Assembly: GCF_054482525.1 (NCBI RefSeq)
Contig: NZ_CM137006.1
DNA: 64,000 bases
Reading direction: 5' to 3' (one strand)
Shown here piece after piece: positions 23,732-34,287 of this stretch (its first letter is position 1; each line of letters opens with the position of its first letter). Made by a program: the position numbers and the translations under genes. A model generated the notes under the pieces. The model ran no database searches. It was not told where the DNA came from and saw only the letters and a program-made list of their open reading frames with translations.

Positions 23732-24643
23732 ATGGATGACTGTGGTGCGGTTTTGCATAATATTGAAACAAAATGGCTTTATGATTTTCTGACCCTGGAA
23801 AAATGCCGCAACTTTTCCCAGGCGGCAGTCAGTCGCAACGTCTCGCAACCGGCATTCAGCCGCCGCATCCGTGCACTGGAACAGGCGATTGGCGTTGAAT
23901 TGTTTAACCGCCAGGTGACGCCGCTGCAACTCTCGGAACAAGGGAAAATCTTTCATTCGCAGATCCGCCATCTGTTACAACAGTTAGAAAGCAACCTGGC
24001 AGAGCTGCGTGGCGGCAGCGATTACGCGCAACGTAAAATCAAGATTGCCGCTGCACACTCTCTTTCCCTCGGTCTGTTACCGTCCATTATCAGCCAGATG
24101 CCGCCGCTCTTTACCTGGGCGATTGAAGCCATTGATGTCGATGAAGCGGTCGATAAACTGCGTGAAGGGCAAAGTGACTGTATTTTTTCCTTTCACGACG
24201 AAGATTTGCTGGAAGCGCCGTTTGACCACATTCGCTTATTTGAATCTCAATTATTCCCCGTCTGCGCCAGTGACGAACACGGAGAAGCACTGTTTAACCT
24301 CGCGCAGCCACACTTTCCGTTACTGAATTACAGCCGCAACTCCTACATGGGGCGATTGATTAATCGCACCCTGACGCGCCACAGTGAGTTAAGTTTCAGC
24401 ACCTTTTTTGTCTCTTCGATGAGCGAGCTTTTAAAGCAGGTTGCCCTCGACGGCTGTGGGATTGCCTGGCTGCCGGAGTACGCCATCCAACAAGAAATTC
24501 GCAGCGGGCAGCTCGTTGTACTGAATCGGGAAGAACTGGTGATCCCGATTCAGGCCTACGCATACCGGATGAATACCCGCATGAATCCCGTTGCCGAACG
24601 CTTTTGGCGTGAACTGCGCGAGCTGGAGATTGTGCTTAGCTGA
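23732..24643 (+). CDS. hypT: LysR-family transcriptional regulator (hypochlorite-responsive HypT)
   Basis: 303-aa ORF; N-terminal LysR HTH ([35 protein letters not shown]); matches recalled K-12 YjiE/HypT. Confidence 0.9.
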   Translation: MDDCGAVLHNIETKWLYDFLTLEKCRNFSQAAVSRNVSQPAFSRRIRALEQAIGVELFNRQVTPLQLSEQGKIFHSQIRHLLQQLESNLAELRGGSDYAQRKIKIAAAHSLSLGLLPSIISQMPPLFTWAIEAIDVDEAVDKLREGQSDCIFSFHDEDLLEAPFDHIRLFESQLFPVCASDEHGEALFNLAQPHFPLLNYSRNSYMGRLINRTLTRHSELSFSTFFVSSMSELLKQVALDGCGIAWLPEYAIQQEIRSGQLVVLNREELVIPIQAYAYRMNTRMNPVAERFWRELRELEIVLS

Positions 24644-25028
24644 CATTCTCCAGCGTCGCACTACGCCAACCGCCATTATCCCAGATCAGATCAAACGTTA
24701 GCGGTTCATCGTCGTGGTACAGCATTATCTCAAGGCTGATCGCCAGCGTGTGGCTGTACGCTTCTTTCAAATTGACCTGCAACGCCGCAATCCGTGGCTC
24801 ATGAAATAACAGTGCAGAACGCAGCTGACGGCAATACCAGCTCTGAAGATGTTTGTCGCTCTGGTTATGCACTTGCCACTCGGGCATGCCTGAAACAAGT
24901 AATGACGGTAATGCCGAATGAGGAGAATTAAAAAGAGTGAGGAGATCGCTGCATACCGATTTACGCAGCGATGACGTTTTATTGCCTGAAATTTCAGGTA
25001 AAACAGCCTGAAGTGATTGGCGCATCAT
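24636..25028 (-). CDS. iraD: anti-adaptor protein IraD (RssB inhibitor)
   Basis: Track ORF 24636..25037; [30 protein letters not shown]... from ATG at 25028 gives 130 aa; 3' end overlaps hypT by 8 bp (convergent). Confidence 0.85.
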   Translation of the reverse strand: MMRQSLQAVLPEISGNKTSSLRKSVCSDLLTLFNSPHSALPSLLVSGMPEWQVHNQSDKHLQSWYCRQLRSALLFHEPRIAALQVNLKEAYSHTLAISLEIMLYHDDEPLTFDLIWDNGGWRSATLENVS

Positions 25029-25700
25029 TTTGCGCACTCCTGACGTTTAGCAACATATGCGGCTTGCCCTGAACACCGGGCACCACTGTATTGATGCTCA
25101 TTTTCCATAGCCATTCCCTTTTGTTCATTACATCCATGTCAGTCTGAGACAGGCCTGAATCCTGTCAGCAAAGTATAAAACCTTACTTGCCTATGAATAT
25201 CTACTGACTTTTCAGGAAAAAAGTCATGATTTGATAAAAATCATCAAACTCAAAAAAAAACTGCTAGTATATTCTGAATATTCCGAATAGTTACGCAGAT
25301 GAAAATACTTGTCACCGTCGCTACATAATCCCGGAAAGCAATTATTTATCTTCGCATAATCAGCCATGTATTATTTGAAACAATTAGTTTGTAAATAATA
25401 TAAATTGATAACATATCAAATACATCAAAAATACCATTCACAGGCATTATTAATATAGACATCAATATAGCAACATCAAATTCCAATTAGTAATAAGATA
25501 TGCTTTTAAATTGCATGCAAATAATTTTAAATGAGCGTTTTTTGATACTTTATAGTGTTTCCTACCCTTTAATATCACTGTGTAGAGTTGATATCACTAC
25601 AACAGAAACATGCATGTCATTTGTTTACTTCTCTTTTTACTACAGAAAAATTTATCTATTTTTCTAAACATCAGTGAAATACTCATAAAAGGTAACTATT

Positions 25701-26531
25701 ATGTCTATGCCATTAAGCAATGCCCTTCAGAGTCAAATTATTACAGATAATCACTTCCTTCATCATCCAAAAGTCGACAGTGAGTTAACACGTAAATATG
25801 AACGTGCACGCCTGGATACGGAAAATATCTATCTTCTGCCTCTTGCTCGTGGCAATAACCATAATTACGATGGAAAAAGCGTTGTCGAAATTAGAAAACT
25901 TGATATTAGTAAAGAGTACTGGCCATTTAATTATGTGACAGAAACATGCAGAGAATCCGATGGTATTACAACAACAGGACGTATGCTCTATCGAAATTTG
26001 CGAATCACCACAGTTTTAGACGAAATATATGGTGGTATATGTAAAAAGGCGCATGCTGCCACAGAGTTAGCAGAAGGATTACGGCTAAATTTATTTATGA
26101 AGAGCCCTTCCTATCCTGTTGAGGACTATACAGTTCATGAAATAACATTAGGCCCTGGTTGCAATGTTCCTGGTTATGCCGGAACCACGATAGGATATAT
26201 TTCAACCCTTCCAGCATCTCAGGCAAAAAGATGGACCAATGAGCAGCCAAGGATTGATATCTATATTGATCAGATAATGACGGTAACAGGGGTAGCAAAT
26301 TCTTCCGGATTCGCCCTTGCCGCATTACTTAATGCTAATATTGAAATGGGAAATGACCCAATAATTGGTATAGAAGCCTATCCCGGTACCGCGGAGATCC
26401 ATGCAAAAATGGGATATAAAGTTATCCCCGGTGATGAAGATGCAAAACTCAAACGTATGACTTTGCAACCGTCATCTCTTCCAGAGCTGTTTGAATTAAA
26501 AAATGGTGAATGGAATTATATTGGTAAATAA
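25701..26531 (+). CDS. yjiC: uncharacterised protein YjiC
   Basis: 276-aa ORF MSMPLSNALQSQIITDNHFLHHPKVDSELTRKYE... preceded by ~640 bp of very AT-rich DNA (25060-25700). Confidence 0.8.
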   Translation: MSMPLSNALQSQIITDNHFLHHPKVDSELTRKYERARLDTENIYLLPLARGNNHNYDGKSVVEIRKLDISKEYWPFNYVTETCRESDGITTTGRMLYRNLRITTVLDEIYGGICKKAHAATELAEGLRLNLFMKSPSYPVEDYTVHEITLGPGCNVPGYAGTTIGYISTLPASQAKRWTNEQPRIDIYIDQIMTVTGVANSSGFALAALLNANIEMGNDPIIGIEAYPGTAEIHAKMGYKVIPGDEDAKLKRMTLQPSSLPELFELKNGEWNYIGK

Positions 26532-26670
26532 CCACTGAGAAGAATGAGTACTCACGTTCAGGTTATACAGATAGTTAAACAATACCCTGTAGTTTAGAAG
26601 TAATACTCATTGCGACTTCTTAATTTAAGAAAGCGCAAGGAACGTTTCCCCTTGCGCTTATCATAATAAG

Positions 26671-27444
26671 TCAGGCGTCGACTTTATCCAGCGGCCATGA
26701 ATCAAACAGATAGCCGTCAAAATAAATATCGTCAACGTTCGAGAATTCCAGCAGACGTTGCTTAACGTTTTCCAGATGCTGCCACATTGCCAGCTTCGCC
26801 GCACGGGCATCTTTTTTGATTAACGCGGCGAGGATCTGTTTGTGATCGCCCAACCACTCTTTGCGATACAGGCTGTCATCCAGATGGCTGTGCAACTGGA
26901 TCCACATCGGATTGTTTTCCCGCCACTGCCAGGACTGACGGAATAACTCCACCAGCATGCTGTTATGCGTTGCTTCGGCAATAGCGAGATGGAACTGCAT
27001 ATCACCGCTTTCGCTGCTGCCCGGCGCGCTGGAAGCCAGTTCACGCTCTTCCAGTTGCAATGCCTGACGCATTTTGACGATATCTTCGCGGGTAGCCTGC
27101 AAAGCGGCAAACTCGGCGATGTTACTTTCCAGTAACTGACGCGCCTGTAACAGCTCAAAAGGACCGGCATCATTGCAGACGTTGGCATCCGGACTGTCTG
27201 TGTTGTGGCTGCCTGAGCTATCAAGAACATAAATACCGGCACCCCGGCGCACTTCCACCAGCCCTTTGATCTCCAGCATGATCAGCGCTTCACGTACCAC
27301 CGTCCGCGTGACATCAAGCATTTCTGCAATTTCACGCTCCGGCGGCAGCCGTTCGCCAGGATTGTACGGTGTCTTTATGATCAGATCGCGGATCATCGCC
27401 CCGACTTCCTGGTAAGGTCTTTGCGCAGAGGTGGCAGATTTCAT
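26671..27444 (-). CDS. uxuR: GntR/FadR-family repressor of hexuronate utilisation
   Basis: 257-aa ORF MKSATSAQRPYQEVGAMIRDLIIKTPYNPGERLPPEREIAEMLDVTRTVVREAL...; recalled UxuR. Confidence 0.92.
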   Translation of the reverse strand: MKSATSAQRPYQEVGAMIRDLIIKTPYNPGERLPPEREIAEMLDVTRTVVREALIMLEIKGLVEVRRGAGIYVLDSSGSHNTDSPDANVCNDAGPFELLQARQLLESNIAEFAALQATREDIVKMRQALQLEERELASSAPGSSESGDMQFHLAIAEATHNSMLVELFRQSWQWRENNPMWIQLHSHLDDSLYRKEWLGDHKQILAALIKKDARAAKLAMWQHLENVKQRLLEFSNVDDIYFDGYLFDSWPLDKVDA

Positions 27445-27480
27445 GGTGTTGTGTCCGTTAGGTGCGGTTAATCAAATTTT

Positions 27481-27516
27481 TGCCGGATGCGGCGTGAACG
27501 CCTTATCCAGCCTACA
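27481..27516. repeat. REP element
   Basis: tgccggatgcggcgtgaacgccttatccagcctaca between uxuB and uxuR. Confidence 0.5.
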
Positions 27517-27658
27517 ACGGGCAATTTTACGGCGCCCGTCAATCTCAAACTATATCATTAGCACTGGAAGTTGGCACGTACAGGTGGGCAAAAAAACGAA
27601 AACTGGTCAACCAAATATCAGTTTGATTGACCAGTAAGTCTGTAGGGTAATCAGTTAG

Positions 27659-29119
27659 TTACAGCGCAGCCACACACTCGCGCGCGCCACGTTCGCACAA
27701 CTGCTGATATGCCGTCGTCACCGCGCCAACAAAGTCGGCATTTTGTGGCAAATCATCGGCAAAAATACCACTCAGGCCCAGCAGCGCTTTCACGCGGTCT
27801 GCGCCCTGATACTGCGCGTTGATCTTCTGGAACTCCGCCAGCATCGGGTCGACCACGTCAATAGCTTTACCCTGCTCATCCACGCCCTGGGTGTAACGCA
27901 TCCAGCCAGCCACGCCCAGCGCCAGGTGACGCCAGCTACCGCCGTTTTGCAGGTGCAGACGCACCGGATCCAGCAGACGCTGCGGTAACTTCTGGCTGCC
28001 GTCCATTGCAATCTGCCAGGTACGGTGACGCAGAGACGGGTTGCTGAAACGCTCGATCAGCAGCGTCGCATAGGCGTTCAGGTCTGTACCTTCCGGCATC
28101 GACAGCGTTGGCGCTTGTTCCTGCATCATCAGGGCGAAGGCCGCTTTGCGATAATCCGGGTTAGTCATGGTGTCGGCAATGGTTTCATAGCCGCCGAGGT
28201 AACCGAGGTACGCCAGGAAAGAGTGGCTGCCGTTAAGCATGCGCAGTTTCATCATTTCGAACGGCACAACGTCTGCAACGAACTGTGCGCCCACTTTATC
28301 CCAGTCCGGACGACCATTAACGAAGTTATCTTCAATCACCCACTGACGGAACGGTTCGCAGGCAATGGCGCATGGGTCGTAAACACCCAGCTGGTCAGCA
28401 ATTTCCTGTAAGGTTTCTGGTGTCGCCGCCGGAACGATGCGGTCAACCATGGTGCACGGGAAGGTGACGTTCTCTTCAATCCATGCCGCCAGCTGTGGAT
28501 CACGCGCCTGAGCCAGCCCCAGAACCGCGACCTTCGCCACATGACCGTTTTCACGCACGTTGTCGCAGGACATCACAGTAAACGCTTTCAACCCTTTTTC
28601 ACGACGCAGACGCAAGGCTTCGACGATGTAACCAATCGCGGACTTCGGCGCAGTCGGATTTTCCAGATCGTGCTTGATCAGCGGGTTATTGAGATCCAGC
28701 TGACCGCTTGCCGCATCGGCACAGTAGCCTTTTTCCGTCACCGTCAGGGAGACAATCGCCGTCTGCGGACGCGCCATCGCGTTGAGAATACCTTCACAAC
28801 CGTCGATTTCCGGATGCAGGGCTTCTTTCATCGAACCGATAATTTTCAGCTCGGTGCTTTCTGCGCCTTTTTCCGCCACGGTGTACAGCAGTTGCTGTTT
28901 TTTCAGGTTTTCGATCAGCACGCGGTCGTTACCTGGCATCAGGTTAACTTCGCAGATACCCCAGTCGCTGTCGGTGCTTTCCAGCAGATGATGGGTATAC
29001 AGCGCCTGGTGCGCGCGGTGAAACGCCCCGCAACCGAGATGCACAATGCGTGATTCCAGACGAGAATGATCCCATGACGGGCGGGCAACCGGCAGATTGC
29101 TGTCAACAATAGTAGTCAT
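27659..29119 (-). CDS. uxuB: D-mannonate oxidoreductase (fructuronate reductase)
   Basis: 486-aa ORF MTTIVDSNLPVARPSWDHSRLESRIVHLGCGAFHRAHQALYTHHLL... (mannitol-dehydrogenase family Rossmann motif). Confidence 0.92.
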   Translation of the reverse strand: MTTIVDSNLPVARPSWDHSRLESRIVHLGCGAFHRAHQALYTHHLLESTDSDWGICEVNLMPGNDRVLIENLKKQQLLYTVAEKGAESTELKIIGSMKEALHPEIDGCEGILNAMARPQTAIVSLTVTEKGYCADAASGQLDLNNPLIKHDLENPTAPKSAIGYIVEALRLRREKGLKAFTVMSCDNVRENGHVAKVAVLGLAQARDPQLAAWIEENVTFPCTMVDRIVPAATPETLQEIADQLGVYDPCAIACEPFRQWVIEDNFVNGRPDWDKVGAQFVADVVPFEMMKLRMLNGSHSFLAYLGYLGGYETIADTMTNPDYRKAAFALMMQEQAPTLSMPEGTDLNAYATLLIERFSNPSLRHRTWQIAMDGSQKLPQRLLDPVRLHLQNGGSWRHLALGVAGWMRYTQGVDEQGKAIDVVDPMLAEFQKINAQYQGADRVKALLGLSGIFADDLPQNADFVGAVTTAYQQLCERGARECVAAL

Positions 29120-29199
29120 CGTAAACTCCAGAATCCGTCTTCAGAGAGTGACGGCAAGGAAGAAGGAACCGGCACGGCGCGCAGCCATGCCGGTGGATA

Positions 29200-30384
29200 T
29201 TAACGGCTAAAGAAAGCGCGCTGGATCGCCAGTTCGACACCGCGAACTTCGGCCAGGCCTTTCAGACGACCAATTGCGGAGTAACCTGGGTTGGTTTTCT
29301 TCTTCAGGTCGTCCAGCATCTGATGACCGTGGTCCGGACGCATCGGGATCAGGTCTTCTTTGCCTTCCGCTTTACGACGGTGTTCTTCTTCAACAATCGC
29401 TTTCACCACTTCGTACATATCAACGTCACCGTTCAGGTGCGCCGCTTCGTGGAAGGTTTTCGGGTTATCTTCACGCATGGTGGAGCGCAGATGGGTGAAG
29501 TAAATACGCGGACCGAACTGCTTGATCATATCAACCAGATCGTTGTCAGCACGCACGCCGTAGGAACCGGTGCACATGGTGAAACCGTTCGCCATGCTGT
29601 TTACGGTATCAACCATCCACTGCATATCTTCAATGGTGGAAACAATGCGTGGCAGGCCGAGGATCGGGCGCGGCGGATCGTCCGGGTGAACCGCCATACG
29701 GACGCCAACTTCTTCAGCAACTGGAATAATCGCTTTCAGGAAGACAGCAAAGTTTTCGCGCAGTTTGGCTTTATCGATATCTTTGTACAGCTCCAGGTGC
29801 TTACGGAACTGGTCGAGGGTATACCCTTCTTCCGCGCCCGGCAGACCTGCGATGATGTTACGCGTCAGACGCGCTTTGTCTTCGTCGCTCATAGTGGCGA
29901 AGCGTTCAGCGGCCTGAGCAATTTCTTCTTCGGTGTAATCCGCTTCCGCGCCTGGACGCTTCAGGATATGCATTTCGAATGCAGCGAATTCGATCTGGTC
30001 GAAGCGCAGAGCTTTGGAGCCGTCTGGCAGCACGTATTCGAGGTCAGTACGGGTCCAGTCGAGCACCGGCATGAAGTTGTAGCACACGGTGCGAATGCCG
30101 CACTGCGCCAGGTTGCGCAGAGTCTGCTGATAGTTAGCGATCCACTGCTCGTAGTTGCCAGTGTGGGTTTTGATATCTTCGTGAATTGGCACGCTTTCTA
30201 CGACAGACCACACCAGGCCTGCATCTTCAACGATCGCCTTGCGTTTGAGGATCTCTTCTACGGACCATACTTCGCCGTTCGGGATATGGTGCAGCGCGGT
30301 AACCACGCCAGTTGCGCCCGCCTGACGGACATCAGCTAAAGAAACCGGATCGTTTGGGCCGTACCAGCGCCAGGTCTGTTCCAT
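29200..30384 (-). CDS. uxuA: mannonate dehydratase
   Basis: Track ORF 29200..30420; conserved N-terminus [32 protein letters not shown] starts at ATG 30384 (394 aa). Confidence 0.92.
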
Positions 30385-30545
30385 GATTTTTCCTCTTTCA
30401 CATAGTGGGTTCCACAGCAAAGAGACGCGGAACCCTGGAGTTGTTTAGGTATCCGGATGAATAACCAGACCGCAGCCGTGGCGTTGCATCGGATGAGATG
30501 GCGTATAAGTTCTACCTTTTGGTAAGACATGTCAACCCGAAATCT

Positions 30546-30563
30546 GAAATTGGTTAACCACAT
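30546..30563. promoter_or_regulatory. putative UxuR/ExuR operator palindrome in the uxuA-gntP divergent region
   Basis: gaaattggttaaccacat contains the palindrome TGGTTAACCA resembling the recalled UxuR/ExuR operator core (AAATTGGTATACCAATTT). Confidence 0.45.
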
Positions 30564-30723
30564 CACAAGAATTTCACTCTCATGGTTGTTGCTGCAAATT
30601 GCAGCAAAGGGTAATCGATGGTTATTGATCAGAGGATGTGACATTCATCGCAACAATGGTTGACCAATTTACATAACATGTCGCCCAAAATAACAACGGT
30701 TCAACCAGGTAAGGTAAAACGTT

Positions 30724-32067
30724 ATGCATGTGCTTAACATTCTCTGGGTGGTATTCGGCATTGGTCTGATGCTGGTACTGAATTTGAAGTTCAAAATCAA
30801 TTCAATGGTGGCTTTGTTGGTGGCGGCGCTGTCCGTCGGGATGCTGGCGGGCATGGATTTGATGTCGCTGCTGCACACCATGAAAGCGGGCTTCGGCAAC
30901 ACGCTGGGGGAACTGGCTATCATCGTGGTGTTCGGTGCGGTCATCGGTAAATTGATGGTCGACTCCGGCGCGGCTCACCAGATAGCACATACGCTGCTGG
31001 CGCGTCTCGGTCTGCGCTATGTACAGCTGTCGGTGATTATCATCGGCCTGATTTTCGGTCTGGCGATGTTTTATGAAGTGGCCTTTATCATGTTAGCGCC
31101 GCTGGTTATTGTTATTGCCGCCGAAGCTAAAATTCCGTTCCTGAAACTGGCGATCCCGGCAGTAGCAGCTGCCACTACCGCACATTCACTGTTCCCACCG
31201 CAGCCGGGTCCGGTGGCGCTGGTGAATGCTTATGGCGCGGATATGGGGATGGTTTATATCTATGGCGTCCTGGTGACGATCCCAAGTGTCATCTGCGCAG
31301 GTCTGATCCTGCCGAAGTTCCTCGGCAATCTTGAGCGCCCAACGCCGTCTTTCCTGAAAGCGGATCAACCGGTTGATATGAATAATCTGCCCTCTTTCGG
31401 CGTTTCGATTCTGGTGCCGCTGATCCCAGCGATCATTATGATCTCCACCACCATCGCCAATATCTGGCTGGTAAAAGATACCCCTGCGTGGGAAGTGGTT
31501 AACTTTATCGGTTCCTCGCCGATTGCAATGTTTATTGCGATGGTGGTTGCATTCGTACTCTTTGGCACCGCGCGTGGTCATGACATGCAGTGGGTGATGA
31601 ACGCTTTTGAAAGCGCGGTGAAGAGTATTGCAATGGTGATTCTGATCATCGGTGCAGGTGGTGTGCTGAAGCAGACCATCATCGACACCGGCATTGGCGA
31701 CACCATCGGCATGTTGATGTCCCACGGAAATATCTCGCCCTACATCATGGCATGGCTGATCACCGTACTGATTCGTCTGGCGACGGGTCAGGGTGTGGTT
31801 TCGGCGATGACCGCCGCCGGGATTATCAGTGCTGCAATCCTTGATCCAGCAACCGGTCAGCTGGTTGGCGTGAATCCGGCGCTGCTGGTACTGGCGACGG
31901 CTGCGGGTTCCAACACCCTCACCCACATTAATGATGCCTCATTCTGGCTGTTCAAAGGTTACTTTGACCTGTCAGTAAAAGACACGTTGAAAACCTGGGG
32001 TCTGCTGGAGCTGGTCAACTCCGTGGTTGGGCTGATTATTGTGTTGATTATCAGCATGGTAGCGTAA
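30724..32067 (+). CDS. gntP: gluconate/fructuronate permease (GntP family)
   Basis: 447-aa [55 protein letters not shown]...; recalled GntP. Confidence 0.92.
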
Positions 32068-32201
32068 AAGAGCACCAGAGCCTGCCATTGGCAGGCTCTG
32101 ACTGATGACAAAGTCTAAAAATGTGCCCGGCCAGTCCCCTCGACCCTCCGGGGAGAGGGTTAGGGTGAGGGGAACAGACCAGCAAAGTGCGCTTTGTTTA
32201 T

Positions 32202-32237
32202 GCCAGATGCGACGCTGACGCGTCTTATCTGGCCTAC
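32202..32237. repeat. REP element (within a gntP-fimH intergenic repeat cluster)
   Basis: gccagatgcgacgctgacgcgtcttatctggcctac; an adjacent G-rich motif ggggagagggttagggtgagggg is also present. Confidence 0.55.
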
Positions 32238-32309
32238 AAAGGGCTAACGTGCAGGTTTTTAGCTTCAGGTAATATTGCGTACCAGCATTAGCAATGTCCT
32301 GTGATTTCT

Positions 32310-33212
32310 TTATTGATAAACAAAAGTCACGCCAATAATCGATTGCACATTCCCTGCAGTCACCTGCCCTCCGGTACGTGCGTAATTTGCCGTTAATCCC
32401 AGACTTACCGCCGAAGTCCCTACTGCTCCTAACGATACCGTGTTATTCGCTGGAATAATCGTACCGTTGCGCGTCAACTGTACGCCGACGCCCTGCGCTG
32501 GTGAAAACGAGGCGGTATTGGTGAAAATCGAGTTGCCCGCATCTGCGGTTGTGCCGGAGAGGTAATACCCCAGGTTTTGGCTTTTCGCACAATAAACGGT
32601 AAGAGGAATTGGCACTGAACCAGGGTAGTCCGGCAGAGTAACGGTGACATCACGAGCAGAAACATCGCAGCCACCAGTGGGCACCACCACATCATTATTG
32701 GCGTAAATATTCCACACAAACTGAAAATCATCGCTGTTATAATTGTTGGTCTGTCGCAAAATAAGCACGGCAATTAATGAACCAGCTTTAATCGCCACCC
32801 CGCCCGCACTGCTCACAGGCGTCAAATAAAGCGCCACCGGCCACGGCTTATCCGTTCTCGAATTATAAACAACGCGCGGCGTTTCGCTGGTGGTCGGAAA
32901 TGGATAGCTACTGCCACTATATTTTACGGTCCCGGAAAAATTAGATAACACGACGCCGTAAGCCGAGCCTCGTTGCAGTGTGACATAGTCTGTAATGGTT
33001 TCCGGATAATCGTTATGGCAAAAGATTTGCGTCGAAAGATCCACGACCAGGTTTTGCCCCACATTCACGGCGGGCGCAAGGTTTACATAAACATTGGCGC
33101 TGCCACCGCCAATAGGGATAGCTGTACCATTGGCGGTTTTACAGGCGAATGACCAGGCATTTACCGACCAGCCCATCAGCAGTACAGCAAACAGGGTAAT
33201 AACTCGTTTCAT
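32310..33212 (-). CDS. fimH: type 1 fimbrial tip adhesin (mannose-binding)
   Basis: Track ORF to 33221; MKRVITLFAVLLMGWSVNAWSFACKTANGTAIPIGGGSANVYVNLAP... from ATG 33212 (300 aa). Confidence 0.93.
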   Translation of the reverse strand: MKRVITLFAVLLMGWSVNAWSFACKTANGTAIPIGGGSANVYVNLAPAVNVGQNLVVDLSTQIFCHNDYPETITDYVTLQRGSAYGVVLSNFSGTVKYSGSSYPFPTTSETPRVVYNSRTDKPWPVALYLTPVSSAGGVAIKAGSLIAVLILRQTNNYNSDDFQFVWNIYANNDVVVPTGGCDVSARDVTVTLPDYPGSVPIPLTVYCAKSQNLGYYLSGTTADAGNSIFTNTASFSPAQGVGVQLTRNGTIIPANNTVSLGAVGTSAVSLGLTANYARTGGQVTAGNVQSIIGVTFVYQ

Positions 33213-33231
33213 TACAATCATCTCTTCGGGT

Positions 33232-33735
33232 TCAGCTGTAGGTATAGGTGATGCTAATCACTGCCTGAATGGTTCCCTGAGTGGCTCCGCCATTTACTGT
33301 CAATGCTCTGACCTGTAACGGGAAGTGCGCTGATTGTGAGGAATCATCCACCTGAACTGTTTTGGTTGCGCCACTATTCAATGTGTTGCCACTGTCATCC
33401 TGTAGCTCTAACTGGATGTTTTGCGCGGTCCCCTGGTTTTTATAATATCCGGTACTGTCGGCTGCCCCGCTGAAGCTGGCAGTGACCCTCGACGTTCCCA
33501 CCGGACAATTAGTCAACTCAAGCGCAACATCATGCCAGGCCGATGCCGCCCCGGCAGACATCAGACTGAAAGAATAAAGATCGCCGAGATCTACCGTGGC
33601 ATTGGTGGTGGAAACCGTGCACGGTTTGGCGACGACCTTACCGTTCACCGTGATGGTGACATCGGCTGCCTGTATCGTCGCACTTGCGAGCGCCAACATT
33701 GCCGCCAATAAATACCCACGTTTGCGCCATTTCAT
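33232..33735 (-). CDS. fimG: type 1 fimbrial minor subunit
   Basis: Track ORF to 33741; MKWRKRGYLLAAMLALASATIQAADVTITVNGKVVAKPCTV... (167 aa). Confidence 0.9.
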   Translation of the reverse strand: MKWRKRGYLLAAMLALASATIQAADVTITVNGKVVAKPCTVSTTNATVDLGDLYSFSLMSAGAASAWHDVALELTNCPVGTSRVTASFSGAADSTGYYKNQGTAQNIQLELQDDSGNTLNSGATKTVQVDDSSQSAHFPLQVRALTVNGGATQGTIQAVISITYTYS

Positions 33736-33747
33736 GAGCATCTCCAG

Positions 33748-34278
33748 TTACTGATATTCAAGAGTGAAGGTAGCCGTGGCATTGATATGCCCCGCAGTGA
33801 CAGGCACCTGTGTCGCCATTAGCCGGGCGTAAAAATTCAGCGTATTTGGTTTACCCGGCGTCAGGGTCGTCCACGAAATCGCGGACGATGGGGCATTAAG
33901 GGGTATCTGATTTTGTTGCTCATTCAGAAGCTGTATTCCCAGTCCCGCAGCCGCTGACACCGTATTTTCAAGTGCAAGCAGGTTGGCATTGTGGCTATCT
34001 GCAACACCGGTAAACCCAACTTTTACGGCAGAAACGGCATTACCACAGGGTGACAGCAAAATACGAAATGGAACGACAGGAGTCGTCGCGCCAATGTTGT
34101 TAAATTGCTTCGCCGCGTTTTCCATCAGATCAACAGTAAAATTGGTTGATTCAGCGGCCACACTACAGCCGTTATCTCTGACATAGCCGCGGATAGTAAT
34201 CGTGCTATCCGCAGCCAAAGCGTGACTTACCGCCAGCCACAAAAAAGCGCACAGAAGATAAAAAGGTTTGTTTCTCAT
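33748..34278 (-). CDS. fimF: type 1 fimbrial minor subunit
   Basis: [40 protein letters not shown]... (176 aa). Confidence 0.9.
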   Translation of the reverse strand: MRNKPFYLLCAFLWLAVSHALAADSTITIRGYVRDNGCSVAAESTNFTVDLMENAAKQFNNIGATTPVVPFRILLSPCGNAVSAVKVGFTGVADSHNANLLALENTVSAAAGLGIQLLNEQQNQIPLNAPSSAISWTTLTPGKPNTLNFYARLMATQVPVTAGHINATATFTLEYQ

Positions 34279-34287
34279 CACGCCCCC

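Noticed and set aside
29323-30339. 338-aa plus-strand ORF
   Set aside because: Antisense shadow of uxuA.
31186-31926. 246-aa minus-strand ORF
   Set aside because: Antisense shadow of gntP; His/Arg/Gln-rich nonsense translation.
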